Assembly (NCBI GenBank): GCA_963667015.2
Contig: CAXXJJ010000004.1
Location: 2,560,001 to 2,624,000 of the forward strand
Length of the DNA: 64,000 nt
Source: Desulfatiglandales bacterium
GTDB lineage: Bacteria > Desulfobacterota > DSM-4660 > Desulfatiglandales > HGW-15
Direction: 5' to 3'
Made by a program: the position numbers and the translations under genes. The stretch's first letter is position 1; every line of letters starts with the position of its first letter. Positions 33,135-43,501 of this stretch are shown here, one piece after another. Under the pieces are notes generated by a model. It was not told the DNA's origin. It saw only the letters and a program-made list of their open reading frames with translations, and searched no databases.

Positions 33135-33316
33135 CACCCTTCACTTTTGCGGGATTGGAACTGCACCTGGCTCTATTCACTTGCTCTTCTATCGATAATC
33201 GGTGCATCGCGCATATAAAATTGAAAACAGGAAGGGTTGGTTTTCGCGCACGGTCGCACCGGAAAATGTCTGTTCACACCATTCATTTCCACCATGAAAA
33301 ACTGACAATATTTTAG

Positions 33317-34072
33317 ATGATTTTATTTCTCGGGGATCTGAACTGCCGCTACTGGCTTGTTAACCACATTATAGGTGTTGCGGAAAAACAGTTTGACGAA
33401 AATGTAACAGCCGTTCTGCAGCTCGGAGACTTCGGATTATTCAAGACACCGCTTAACGCCTGGTTCAACAGAAAAGGCAATAATTCGTTCATAAGGCCTG
33501 TCTACTTTATTGACGGGAACCATGAAGATTTTCTGTTTTTTAAATCCCTCACAAATAACTTCAGCGGCCACTTTACCCATCTTCCCAGGGGTTCTGTACA
33601 CAATTTTAACGGCTTTAATTTTCTCTGCCTGGGAGGTGCCGCATATATGGATCCGGTTAATACACCTTCAGGAGCGGTTATCCGGGAAGCAGACATACAG
33701 GCCTGCATCTCACACCAGCCCGAATCTGTTGATATCATTTTAACCCATGACTGTCCGAAAAATATAGGCGTCCCGGGAAATCCCGGCTTTGAATACTGCG
33801 GCCCGACAGGTTTTTCCCAAAGCAGCCGGCTCAGAGAACACTTTACATCAAAAACATGGCTGTTCGCACATCATCATCGATTTTTTGAATACACCGATGC
33901 CCATGGAAGCTGTTTCGGCCTTCCCGAGGCCCAGAACGGGTTTGCAGTAATGGACAGGAAGAGTCAGATAACCATGGTGGAATATAAAATAGAAAACAAA
34001 GACCTGCCCGATAATATTGAAACCTCGGGCAAGGTTCTTTGTCGGCATCTGGAACATTGTTTAACCTGTTAA
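33317..34072 (+). CDS. Calcineurin-like metallophosphoesterase
   Basis: GD.N, LGDFG, DGNHE, THD, AHHH motifs. Confidence 0.8.
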   Translation: MILFLGDLNCRYWLVNHIIGVAEKQFDENVTAVLQLGDFGLFKTPLNAWFNRKGNNSFIRPVYFIDGNHEDFLFFKSLTNNFSGHFTHLPRGSVHNFNGFNFLCLGGAAYMDPVNTPSGAVIREADIQACISHQPESVDIILTHDCPKNIGVPGNPGFEYCGPTGFSQSSRLREHFTSKTWLFAHHHRFFEYTDAHGSCFGLPEAQNGFAVMDRKSQITMVEYKIENKDLPDNIETSGKVLCRHLEHCLTC

Positions 34073-34091
34073 CTTTTAACTTGGAGGAGGC

Positions 34092-34805
34092 ATGTCAGAA
34101 AGTCAAACGTATGATTTTAATTTTTTCAAACCCAAATCCGCTTTTGCAGGCGCCAATGCCCGCTTAATCGGAACGATTGTCATAATATGGGCTCTCGCGG
34201 TATTTGGATTTCATTTTCTGCTCAAGGCAATTGAAAAACCTGTACCTGAAAAACAGCTGGCAACATTCGAACAGGTATGGCCGAAGGCAATGGATAAAAC
34301 AGCATCTCCGGAAGAACTCAGGGAGCTGTCACTGATATATCTGAACCTGCTGGGCAGACAGATTACACTCCGCTCGGATCAGAACTTCAAACTCTGTTTT
34401 ACATCAACAGTCTATGATCTTTTACCCGAAGATGAAAAGCCTTCATTTCTGGCCATCACCGGAAAGGACCTTCCCGAATTAAAAACCGCTGCATCTTCCA
34501 TAGCCGCGGGGTTAGGCATTGAAACAGGTGATATACTGAATCAGGTGATTCCCTATGGTCTTGTCTCCTATGACGGTACCCCCGTTGACTCAGAGATACT
34601 TGCTGCTGTTCCGGATATTATGAATAAATATCTGGTCCACAACAGATCAGTCCTCACAGATACCAGCTTCCTGGGATTTCCCTTTCATTATTTTTATACG
34701 GCTGTCTTTCTGCTGATTCTGTTTGTCGTACTGTGCCTGGTCTACTGCAAGATATTCGACAGGATCTCTGTAAAATATGGAATGGAAGATGATGAGGTAA
34801 AATAA
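34092..34805 (+). CDS. DUF4212-type symporter partner membrane protein (with large loop)
   Basis: NFFKP...N..LI...IWA, FLGFPFHY, upstream of SSS gene. Confidence 0.75.
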   Translation: MSESQTYDFNFFKPKSAFAGANARLIGTIVIIWALAVFGFHFLLKAIEKPVPEKQLATFEQVWPKAMDKTASPEELRELSLIYLNLLGRQITLRSDQNFKLCFTSTVYDLLPEDEKPSFLAITGKDLPELKTAASSIAAGLGIETGDILNQVIPYGLVSYDGTPVDSEILAAVPDIMNKYLVHNRSVLTDTSFLGFPFHYFYTAVFLLILFVVLCLVYCKIFDRISVKYGMEDDEVK

Positions 34806-36505
34806 TGATATTACTTGATAAAATAAAAGATATTAAATTGTGGGCAATGACTGTTTTACTGTTACTTGCATCAGACGCTGCACTCCATGCAGCAGGCAGT
34901 GCAGTTGAACTAGAAGGCGGATTCAAACTGGGACCCGCCATAATCATGATAGCTATTATTATACTGTTTATCGTTGTTGGACTGACAAACCAGGCAAAGG
35001 ATACAGGCGATTACTGGGCGGCAGGACGCTCAATCAGCAGGGTAGGCTCAGGTATGGCCATTGCGTCAAACTGGATGAGTGCCGCCTCCTTTCTGGGTAT
35101 GGCTGCAATGATGTACGGGGACGGTTATCACGGACTCTCCTATGTTGTCGGGTGGACAGGCGGATATGTTCTTCTCCTGGTACTCATGGCATCACAGATC
35201 AGAAGGTTCGGGAAATACACTGCCCCGGATTTCATCGGTGACAGGTATTATTCTACCGGCCTCAGGGCTACAACAGCCATTATCGGTATCCTGATCTCCT
35301 TCAGCTACTGCGTGGGCCAGTTCGGCGGTATCGGTATAATGTTCCAGTGGATACTTGGCGTTCCCTACATCTGGGCTGTAATCATCGGATCTTCGGTTGT
35401 TCTTCTATATACACTTATCTCCGGCATGCTTGGGGTTACAAAAAACCAGCAGATTCAGTATGTAATCATCATTGTATCATTCCTGATCCCTGCATTTATT
35501 CTGACATGGAAATTTGACTATTTCTGGCTTATTCCTCCAATAGGATACGGCCAGGTGGTTTCAGATATCGTGACAGGTATACCTGCCAGTGAACTTACAA
35601 ACTCATTCGGACACAGCTACACAATCCTTGCGAGTCCTGAGTTCGCAATGCCCTGGGATACTTCAACAGGCATGGACTTTTTCCAGTGGATGGCGGTATG
35701 TTTTTCCTTAATGGTCGGTACCGCAGGTCTTCCCCATGTAATCCAGAAGTTTTATGTTGTGCCCAAAACGAGTGATGCAAGATGGTCCGTTGTATGGGGA
35801 CTCTTCTTTATCTGTATCCTCTACTGGACATCACCGCTGTACGCTGCATTCGGCAAAATCCTGTCTTCACATCCTGAGGTAGGAAAGCTTTCCAAGGATG
35901 CTATTGTTGTCTATACTGCACAGCTGGGAAACATTCATCCCCTGATCGTTGGATTTCTTGCAGCGGGCGCTGTTTCAGCAGCATTCTCGACTGTTTCAGG
36001 GCTGCTGGTCGCAGGGGCCTCCGGATTTTCACATGACCTCTACCACAAGGTACTGAATCCTAATGCATCCAATGAGACCCAGATGAAAATGGCAAGGATC
36101 GCTACAGTAGTTATGGCCGTTGGCGTTGGAATTGTTGCGGCCTTTGAACTTGCATTGATTGCACAGCTTGTTGCTGTTGCCTTTTCACTTGCGGGCTGTA
36201 CACTCTTTCCGCTCTTTTTACTGGGTATCTGGTGGAGCGGCTCAAACAGGGCCGGTGCAATTGCCGGACTGACTGCAGGATGTACTGTTTCAGTAATCGC
36301 TATTTCATATTTTATTGCAGAAAAGATGGGCGTTATGCTTCCATACAGTGACTTTGTGGGATACTATCTCAATCCCTGGTCCTATGCATGGTTTGGCGCA
36401 CCACTGGCAATCATAGTACACATCGTTGTATCGATGATGACGCCTGCACCGCCGCTTGAAATAAAGAAATTTCTTGCAGTGAATGTACATGGCGTAAAGG
36501 AATAA
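34805..36505 (+). CDS. Sodium:solute symporter (ActP-like subfamily)
   Basis: YWAAGR, G.AIAS.WMSAASF, GKYT.PDF, GTAGLPH. Confidence 0.93.
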   Translation: MILLDKIKDIKLWAMTVLLLLASDAALHAAGSAVELEGGFKLGPAIIMIAIIILFIVVGLTNQAKDTGDYWAAGRSISRVGSGMAIASNWMSAASFLGMAAMMYGDGYHGLSYVVGWTGGYVLLLVLMASQIRRFGKYTAPDFIGDRYYSTGLRATTAIIGILISFSYCVGQFGGIGIMFQWILGVPYIWAVIIGSSVVLLYTLISGMLGVTKNQQIQYVIIIVSFLIPAFILTWKFDYFWLIPPIGYGQVVSDIVTGIPASELTNSFGHSYTILASPEFAMPWDTSTGMDFFQWMAVCFSLMVGTAGLPHVIQKFYVVPKTSDARWSVVWGLFFICILYWTSPLYAAFGKILSSHPEVGKLSKDAIVVYTAQLGNIHPLIVGFLAAGAVSAAFSTVSGLLVAGASGFSHDLYHKVLNPNASNETQMKMARIATVVMAVGVGIVAAFELALIAQLVAVAFSLAGCTLFPLFLLGIWWSGSNRAGAIAGLTAGCTVSVIAISYFIAEKMGVMLPYSDFVGYYLNPWSYAWFGAPLAIIVHIVVSMMTPAPPLEIKKFLAVNVHGVKE

Positions 36506-36523
36506 TTAAATTAGTCAAACCGG

Positions 36524-36556
36524 AGGAGTATCTCTTGAGGATGCTCCTCTTTTTTT
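36524..36556 (+). terminator. Rho-independent terminator
   Basis: GAGGAGTATC...GATGCTCCTC followed by T7. Confidence 0.75.
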
Positions 36557-36567
36557 AAACAGGCTTT

Positions 36568-37311
36568 ATGACAAAAAAACTTAAAACACTCATAATTCTC
36601 CTGATCCTCATATCGGGCATTATTGTAGCTTCCGGTTATATCTATTACCGGCAGATAAATCTTGCAGAAGATCCAAGGATCATTGATGCGCGTGTAAAGA
36701 TGAAGGAATACAACCGGCTGATGGGAGAAAACGAGACAGACCTGGCCCTCCTGCTGCTTGACCATGTGGAGAGCGTCTATATGGATACCCCGGGCTATTC
36801 GGAATCCTATGAACCTGGAGTAATTAATAATAACAGGGGCTCCATATTCCTCATAAAGGCTGAGAACTATTTCCTGAAAAACAAAAAACCGGACAGGGAA
36901 AACCTCCTGCTGGCAAGACAGAATATTGAAAAAGGCATTGAAATATACAGGGCCTGGATTGATAAAATCACCCCCATGGAAAAAGATCAGGTACGGTCCA
37001 TGATACTTCCTTTTTTCAGTACTGATGACCCGGCCTTTGCCGGACTTAACCTGGATAAAATCATCGAAAAACGGGTGAATGACATAATGGCCTCCAGGAC
37101 TGAAACCATGAGGCGCCTCTCGGTAGGCTACACAAACCTTGGAATCGTCTGCCGGTATGAAGGGAGACTTGAAGAGGCCGGAGATCGATACAAAAAGGCC
37201 ATTGAGCTATGGGAAGACAATTATGTTGCAAAGGACAACTTGAACCGGCTGATGGGCCTTCCTCCTGAAAAGAGAAATATACTGAAACAACTTTTTTTCA
37301 AAAAAAAATAG
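36568..37311 (+). CDS. Membrane-anchored TPR protein
   Basis: N-terminal TM; YTNLG..R..G..EEA...YKKAIEL TPR. Confidence 0.8.
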   Translation: MTKKLKTLIILLILISGIIVASGYIYYRQINLAEDPRIIDARVKMKEYNRLMGENETDLALLLLDHVESVYMDTPGYSESYEPGVINNNRGSIFLIKAENYFLKNKKPDRENLLLARQNIEKGIEIYRAWIDKITPMEKDQVRSMILPFFSTDDPAFAGLNLDKIIEKRVNDIMASRTETMRRLSVGYTNLGIVCRYEGRLEEAGDRYKKAIELWEDNYVAKDNLNRLMGLPPEKRNILKQLFFKKK

Positions 37312-37501
37312 GCAGTGTCCGGCCGGAAATGAGATTTCCGGGACAATGTCATGGAACGCAAAGATCGTGACCACCGGAATACATTGAAGCCCGGAATTAC
37401 AATAAGAATAATTGCAAGACAATCTTAATTGTACTATATTCTTTCATTATAGAATAATTAAGTTCCAGTGGCCTGTCAGTGACGCCGGAACCGGGAAGGA
37501 C

Positions 37502-40054
37502 ATGCAGATAAAGAATATATCAGCCAGCCAGAAGCATCTCTTTTTCAAGATCGGTACACCGGTCCTGCTTACCATACTGCTTTTTGTCATATCCTCCTTC
37601 TTTATCATCATCCCGTCCATTGAAAAAAATTACATGGATAATAAACGGGAACTGATTAAGGAGCTTACGCAGACTGCTGTAAGCACCTTTTCACACCTGA
37701 ACTCCCAGGCCTCAGAAGGTGATATCTCCCTTGAAGAGGCAAAACAGCGGGCAATTGCCCATATCCGCAATCTCAGGTACGGAGAAGACAACAAGGATTA
37801 TTTCTGGGTAACGGACATAAAGCCTGAAATGATTGTTCACCCCTACAGGACGGATCTTGAAGGTCAGGACATGTCCGGGTTTACGGACCGTTCAGGACAG
37901 CCGATCTTTGTCAGATTCGTTGATATTGTCAAAAAGAACGGGTCCGGGTACCTGCCCTATACCTGGCAGTTTAAAGACCAGGCCGACACCATCGTCCCGA
38001 AACTTTCCTATGTCCAGTCATTTGAGCCATGGGGCTGGATTGTGGGCACCGGCGTATATATTGAGGATGTGAAGGCCCATATTGCCGCGCTCAAACAGCG
38101 GCTCACACAGATTTCCGTTTCAATCACACTGGTCATATGCATTCTGCTGCTTTATGTTGCACGCCAGAGCATGCGTATTGAGCAGCAGAGAATCGAATAC
38201 GCAGGTGATCTGTCGGCTGCAAAGGAAAAATACAAGGCCCTTGTTCATGCAACGGATGAAGGCATTCTTCTTGTAATGGAGGGTGAGGAACTCTTTACGA
38301 ACAAGGCATTCCAGGTAATATCCGGTTATACATCAGCAGAGGCAGGAGACCTTTTAATAACCGATCTCTTCTACAGCAGTACGGACGGGAAACCGCTCTT
38401 TGTGCACTCCCCGGTTAATGAATCATCCGGCAGCCCCCTTGAGGCAAAACTGCGCCACCGGGACGGGCGAATGCTCGATGTTGTTGTAAGCGTGTCCCCG
38501 GTTGAGGTTGAAAACAGGATCGGAAATATCATAAGTGTTAAAAATATCAGTGCGATCCCCGAAATAACCGATGAGAAAAAGGCTAAAAAGGAGCAGGAAA
38601 ACCTCCTGGCTGAGCTGCAGACAGCCCTGCTGTACCTGAATCAGCCGGTAAGAGACCTGGCAACGAATATCCCGGGATATGAAACAACCACTTCTATCCA
38701 GGCCCTTTCTCGGCTCATGTCCAAACACAGGCATTCCTGCGTCCTGATTCGTGATGATAAAAAGGTCCCTGTAGGCATAGTAACAGACAGTGATATCAGA
38801 AGGAGAGTCGTATCTGAAGGGATAGATCCATCCACACCTGTATCACAGATAATGTCCTTTCCCCTGATCCCCATTGACGGTGATGCCATGATTTATGAGG
38901 CCATAACAAGGATGAAGGAAAATTCCATCAGGCATGTACTGGTCAGGGACAGCCGCGGGGAGATCACAAAATATATCAGTGCAAAAAAACTGATCCTGAA
39001 CCATCAGTATTCCCTGTCATTTTTATCCCAGGAAATAAAAAATGCTGCCTCTCCTGACGAACTGTTTGACCTGAAAGACAGGATACCACGGCTTATTACT
39101 ACCCTGGTTAACTGCGGAGCATACCCGCAGAATATTACCAAGATCATCACCTCCATCAGCGAAGCGATATTGAGTCGCCTCATAAACTTTGCCATTGAAG
39201 CACTGGGACCGCCCCCCGCCAGGTTTGCCTTTATGGTGATGGGCAGTGTCGGCCGGGAGGAACAGACCCTTAAGACCGATCAGGACAATGCCATCATATT
39301 TGAAGATATCGATGATGATCAGCTTAGGGAAAGGGCAAAGGGCTATTTTCTTGAGTTTGGAAACAGGGTTTGCGGCTGGCTGGATCGCACTGGATATGAT
39401 TACTGCCCCGGAGATGTAATGGCAAAAAACCCCAAATGGTGTGTCTCACTGTCTGGCTGGAAAAATTATTTTCAGGACTGGATAGAAAATGCAACACCTC
39501 AGGATCTTCTTGATACAAAGATATTCTTTGATTTCAGGTTTGTCTTTGGTGAAAAATCATTATGTGAAAACCTCAGGGCCCACCTGGATGAACAGCTTGA
39601 AGGTAAATCGGCCTTTATGGCCCACCTGGTTCAGAACTGCCTGTTCTTTAAACCGCCCATAGGCATATTTAAAAAACTTATCGTGGAACCAGCAGGGGAA
39701 CACAGGGAAAAAATAAGCCTTAAAAAGTGTATGACTCCAATTGTTGACATGGCCCGCATTTACAGCCTTAAATACAGGATTCATGCCACCGGTACCCTTG
39801 AAAGGCTTAAAGCCCTTGCCGGGGAGGACATCTTTAATACCAGTGATTATGAAGAAATTACACAGGCCTACAACTACCTGATGCAGACCCGATTCCGGCA
39901 TCAGTCCGAATGTATAAGCAATAACAGCCCCGCGGACAACTACATTGATCCCAAACTCCTGACCCGGACGGACCAGGTCATGCTCAAGGAAGTACTGTCA
40001 TCTGTAGCGGGTTTTCAGACAAGGCTGTCCAATGATTTCAAGACTGCGGGATAG
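37502..40054 (+). CDS. Cache-PAS-CBS-DUF294 putative nucleotidyltransferase
   Basis: sCache_2 (LRYG...DYFW, HPY, PWGWIVGTG.Y), PAS, CBS pair, GS.GR.EQT..TDQDNA, C.G.VMA.NP.W, DUF294_C. Confidence 0.88.
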   Translation: MQIKNISASQKHLFFKIGTPVLLTILLFVISSFFIIIPSIEKNYMDNKRELIKELTQTAVSTFSHLNSQASEGDISLEEAKQRAIAHIRNLRYGEDNKDYFWVTDIKPEMIVHPYRTDLEGQDMSGFTDRSGQPIFVRFVDIVKKNGSGYLPYTWQFKDQADTIVPKLSYVQSFEPWGWIVGTGVYIEDVKAHIAALKQRLTQISVSITLVICILLLYVARQSMRIEQQRIEYAGDLSAAKEKYKALVHATDEGILLVMEGEELFTNKAFQVISGYTSAEAGDLLITDLFYSSTDGKPLFVHSPVNESSGSPLEAKLRHRDGRMLDVVVSVSPVEVENRIGNIISVKNISAIPEITDEKKAKKEQENLLAELQTALLYLNQPVRDLATNIPGYETTTSIQALSRLMSKHRHSCVLIRDDKKVPVGIVTDSDIRRRVVSEGIDPSTPVSQIMSFPLIPIDGDAMIYEAITRMKENSIRHVLVRDSRGEITKYISAKKLILNHQYSLSFLSQEIKNAASPDELFDLKDRIPRLITTLVNCGAYPQNITKIITSISEAILSRLINFAIEALGPPPARFAFMVMGSVGREEQTLKTDQDNAIIFEDIDDDQLRERAKGYFLEFGNRVCGWLDRTGYDYCPGDVMAKNPKWCVSLSGWKNYFQDWIENATPQDLLDTKIFFDFRFVFGEKSLCENLRAHLDEQLEGKSAFMAHLVQNCLFFKPPIGIFKKLIVEPAGEHREKISLKKCMTPIVDMARIYSLKYRIHATGTLERLKALAGEDIFNTSDYEEITQAYNYLMQTRFRHQSECISNNSPADNYIDPKLLTRTDQVMLKEVLSSVAGFQTRLSNDFKTAG

Positions 40055-40145
40055 TATAAATAATAAATCATCTTGACATGGCAACCCTGTGTTGCAGGGC
40101 AATAATACCTTTATTTTTGTAAAATATTTAAAATGGAGAAGAAAA

Positions 40146-41465
40146 ATGAAAAAATTATTTCCGGTCACAACCGTCTTTAAACAGGCGTTTACAGGGCTCA
40201 TCCTTTTCATTCTTATATTACCAGTCTCTCCGGCGGTAATGGCGGACTCTGAAAATGAAATGCTCAAACAGCGGATAGAAAAACTTGAAAAGGAGTTAGG
40301 TGAATTAAAGTCTCTCATGAATAAAAAGGCGGAAAGCGAAGAGAGAGAGGTAAAAACTGCTGCACCGGCTGAAAAATCCACCACCGGATTCAGTTTCAAA
40401 CCCTACGGATACATAAAGCTTGATGCCGCATACAATGACAGCAATGTGACAAACGGCAACTATATAATTTATGTACCGGGTGAAGGCGCGGTAAAAAATG
40501 ATGATGAGTTCAACATGACTGCACGGCAGACCCGCATTGGACTTTCAGTAACAGCCCCGGAGTACAATGGCTGGAAGACAACGGGTAAGGTGGAGATCGA
40601 TTTTTACGGTGACGGGTCTTCTGCCCATGAGACCAAGGCAGAACCAATGATGAGACATGCCTTTATGGAAACAGGAAAGGACGGTCTGAGCTTTATTGCA
40701 GGCCAGACATGGGATGTTATTTCTCCCCTTAACCCCTCTACCCTCAACTACCCTGTTGGGTGGGGAGCAGGCAACATCGGTTACAGGCGTCCCCAGGTAA
40801 GGATGAGCTATAACAGGCCTCTTGATGATTATACCAGCTTTTTGACCCAGATAGCGATTTCCAGGACAACAGGGCTTACAAATGAGGATCTTGACGGCGG
40901 GGGCCAGAATGACGGCGACGATTCCGGATTTCCTACCATACAGGCAAGGGTTGCCTACTCCACAAAGATATTTACGGATAAAAACACGGTAATTGGTTTC
41001 TCGGGTCACTATGGCAGCGAAGAAGCTGACTGGGCCGGAGTTGAGACAGATCACAGCTCCTGGTCCGCAAATATAGACTTTGTAATTCCCCTGCCCGATC
41101 GTTTTACTGTAAGCGGTGAAGTATTTGCCGGTGAAAACCTTGATGACTACTTTGGCGGCGCCATTCAGGGCGTAAATACTGCAACCAGAAATGAGATTTC
41201 AACCATAGGCATGTGGATGCAGCTTAACTTCAGCCTGGATAAGGATCTGCAGTATAATGCCGGTTTCGGATTTGACAATCCTGAAAATGATGATCTCAAT
41301 AACGGCAACCGGGCCAAAAACAGTTTCTATTATATTAATACCATGTACAAGGTATTACCGAACCTTACACTTGGCTTTGAGTATACCTACTGGGAAACGG
41401 CGTATAAAAACGCGGCAAAGGGAACAGCCAACAGGTTCCAGACCTCTGCCATCTATTCGTGGTAA
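40146..41465 (+). CDS. DcaP-like outer membrane porin
   Basis: Signal, coiled coil, YGYIKLDA, ARQTR, E.DFYG, RHA, GQTW, terminal W. Confidence 0.82.
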   Translation: MKKLFPVTTVFKQAFTGLILFILILPVSPAVMADSENEMLKQRIEKLEKELGELKSLMNKKAESEEREVKTAAPAEKSTTGFSFKPYGYIKLDAAYNDSNVTNGNYIIYVPGEGAVKNDDEFNMTARQTRIGLSVTAPEYNGWKTTGKVEIDFYGDGSSAHETKAEPMMRHAFMETGKDGLSFIAGQTWDVISPLNPSTLNYPVGWGAGNIGYRRPQVRMSYNRPLDDYTSFLTQIAISRTTGLTNEDLDGGGQNDGDDSGFPTIQARVAYSTKIFTDKNTVIGFSGHYGSEEADWAGVETDHSSWSANIDFVIPLPDRFTVSGEVFAGENLDDYFGGAIQGVNTATRNEISTIGMWMQLNFSLDKDLQYNAGFGFDNPENDDLNNGNRAKNSFYYINTMYKVLPNLTLGFEYTYWETAYKNAAKGTANRFQTSAIYSW

Positions 41466-41480
41466 AGGCATAATAAAATC

Positions 41481-41624
41481 AGGTCTCTCACAGAGCACGC
41501 AGAGCACGCAGAGCACGCAGAGAAAAACAAAAGCCTAAATCATGATTTTAATAATAAAAAAGCTTTTCTCTGAGGCCTCTGTGGGCTCAAGTGACCGAAG
41601 GGAACGGGCGAGAGAATAAAAAAT
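41481..41624 (+). repeat. Intergenic repeat element with (CAGAGCACG)x3
   Basis: AGGTCTCTCA, 9-mer tandem 41491-41517, right end shared with 33029-33062. Confidence 0.75.
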
Positions 41625-41632
41625 CTTCCCGC

Positions 41633-42673
41633 CTACTCCATAAGCCTTCTTAAATTCTCCCCAAAGGGCGGATAAACAATCCCCCTGTCCGTCACAATGG
41701 CGGTAATCAGTTCATGGGGGGTCACGTCAAAGGCCGGGTTGTATACCTTTACCCCTTCAGGGGCAATAAGCCTGCCATACCAGCTGGTAATCTCTTCAGG
41801 GTTCCTCTCCTCAATGGGGATATCCTTACCGGTTAGAGTATTCATATCCACGGTTGTTGACGGCGCAGCAATGTATACCGGCACATTAAAATATTTTGCC
41901 AGAACAGCAACGGACATGGTGCCGATCTTGTTTGCAATATCGCCGTTTGCAGCAACACGGTCGGTCCCCACAATCACCGCATCTATCTTTCCCTGGGACA
42001 TGACCATGCCGGCCATGCTGTCGCATATCAGAGTCACTTCAATGCCTGCCCGTTTCAGTTCATATGTTGTAAGGCGTGCGCCCTGGAGGTAGGGCCGGGT
42101 TTCATCAGCATACACCTTTATATTCCAGCCCCTTTCCTTTGCAATATACACCGGCGCAGTGGCTGTACCATAGCAGCCGGTTGCAAGGCTTCCTGCATTG
42201 CAGTGTGTAAGGATGGTCATACCGTCCTTTAAAAGTGTCAGCAGGTTTTCACCTATTAACCGGTTTATTTCATCCTCTGCCCTGTGGATCTTTATGGCCT
42301 CCTCCTCAAGGAGTTTTTTCATTGTTTTAATGGATTCATTCCTGAGTCCTTCCGCCTTTTTAATCATGCGCTCTATGGTGCCGAAAAGGTTTGATCCGGT
42401 AGGCCGGGCCTTTGCCAGTAACTCCCCGCTCTTTTTAAGAATCACCATAAATTCATCATGATCAGCACCCTCAACATCCTTTATGCTGAGAAACATACCG
42501 TATCCTGCGGCAATGCCTATCAGGGGCGCGCCGCGAAGCTCCATGTTTTTTATGGCATAAAATACATCTTCAACAGTGCTTTTAGGATTATACTCCTTGA
42601 CCTCAGGCAGTTTGACCTGGTTTAACACGTGCAGAACATGGTCTTTCCATTCAACAGGCTTTATAAATTCCAT
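41633..42673 (-). CDS. mtnA: S-methyl-5-thioribose-1-phosphate isomerase
   Basis: RGAPLIG, ARPT, LTHCNAG.LAT, DETRP.LQGARLT, ANKIGT, NPAFDVTP. Confidence 0.96.
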   Translation of the reverse strand: MEFIKPVEWKDHVLHVLNQVKLPEVKEYNPKSTVEDVFYAIKNMELRGAPLIGIAAGYGMFLSIKDVEGADHDEFMVILKKSGELLAKARPTGSNLFGTIERMIKKAEGLRNESIKTMKKLLEEEAIKIHRAEDEINRLIGENLLTLLKDGMTILTHCNAGSLATGCYGTATAPVYIAKERGWNIKVYADETRPYLQGARLTTYELKRAGIEVTLICDSMAGMVMSQGKIDAVIVGTDRVAANGDIANKIGTMSVAVLAKYFNVPVYIAAPSTTVDMNTLTGKDIPIEERNPEEITSWYGRLIAPEGVKVYNPAFDVTPHELITAIVTDRGIVYPPFGENLRRLME

Positions 42674-42916
42674 AACACTCTCTCCGTTTGTGTTGGCTGG
42701 TTACATTCAGGTACCGGGATTCCGGATATTTTTTTCCGGAATCAATAAGGTAGTACAATAATAAAGATTAAACAGCAATAAATCTTGCTCTGCTGCCATG
42801 CAATTTCCAGTTACGCAACTCTCAGGCCCGACCGTGGAATCCAGCATTTTTTGTCTTTCGTAGTGGCGAAAATCTTTCGCAAGCTTCTTTGCGTTCCATT
42901 CCGACTTTCAGATATT

Positions 42917-42979
42917 CTTGTACAAATTACTGGACAAGTAAATTTTTTATCACTATACTTGTACGATAAATAGAACAAC
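42917..42979 (+). promoter_or_regulatory. yefM-yoeB operator palindromes
   Basis: CTTGTACAAATTACTGGACAAG and CTTGTACGATAAATAGAACAAC; TGTAC cores as in YefM operators. Confidence 0.6.
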
Positions 42980-42993
42980 TATGGAGACTATAA

Positions 42994-43245
42994 ATGAGAG
43001 TTATAAATTTTAGCGAAGCGAGAAATAAGCTGAAAACAATATTAGATCAGGTTATTGATGATGCGGACTATACTATAATTACACGAAGAGATGCTGAAGA
43101 TGCTGTAGTAATGTCCCTGGATACATTTAACAGCTATCTTGAAACATTTCATCTTTTAAAATCTCCTGCAAATGCAGAGCATCTTGCGAAGTCTATTGCT
43201 CAATATAAAAATGGTGAAGTGACCGAAAGAGAAATGGATGAATAA
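42994..43245 (+). CDS. yefM: YefM antitoxin
   Basis: FSEAR..LK..LD.V..D...IITR, ET.HLL.SPANA.HL. Confidence 0.95.
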   Translation: MRVINFSEARNKLKTILDQVIDDADYTIITRRDAEDAVVMSLDTFNSYLETFHLLKSPANAEHLAKSIAQYKNGEVTEREMDE

Positions 43246-43501
43246 AAAACTCGCGTGGACAGATGAAGCCTGGAAAGACTATATATACTGGCAAACTCAG
43301 GATAAAAAAACACTAAAACGTATTAATAGACTTCTTGATGACATTAAACGAAATGACCCTTTTAAAGGCATAGGGAAACCGGAATCTCTAAGGGAAAACC
43401 TGAGCGGATTCTGGTCAAGAAGGATTGATGAAACAAATCGTTTAGTCTATGCAGTTGATGAAGTATATATTACAGTTATTTCCTGTCGATATCATTATTA
43501 A
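43238..43501 (+). CDS. yoeB: YoeB toxin
   Basis: W.DY.YWQ..DKK..KRIN, GIGKPE.L, WSRRI, SCRYHY. Confidence 0.96.
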   Translation: MNKKLAWTDEAWKDYIYWQTQDKKTLKRINRLLDDIKRNDPFKGIGKPESLRENLSGFWSRRIDETNRLVYAVDEVYITVISCRYHY

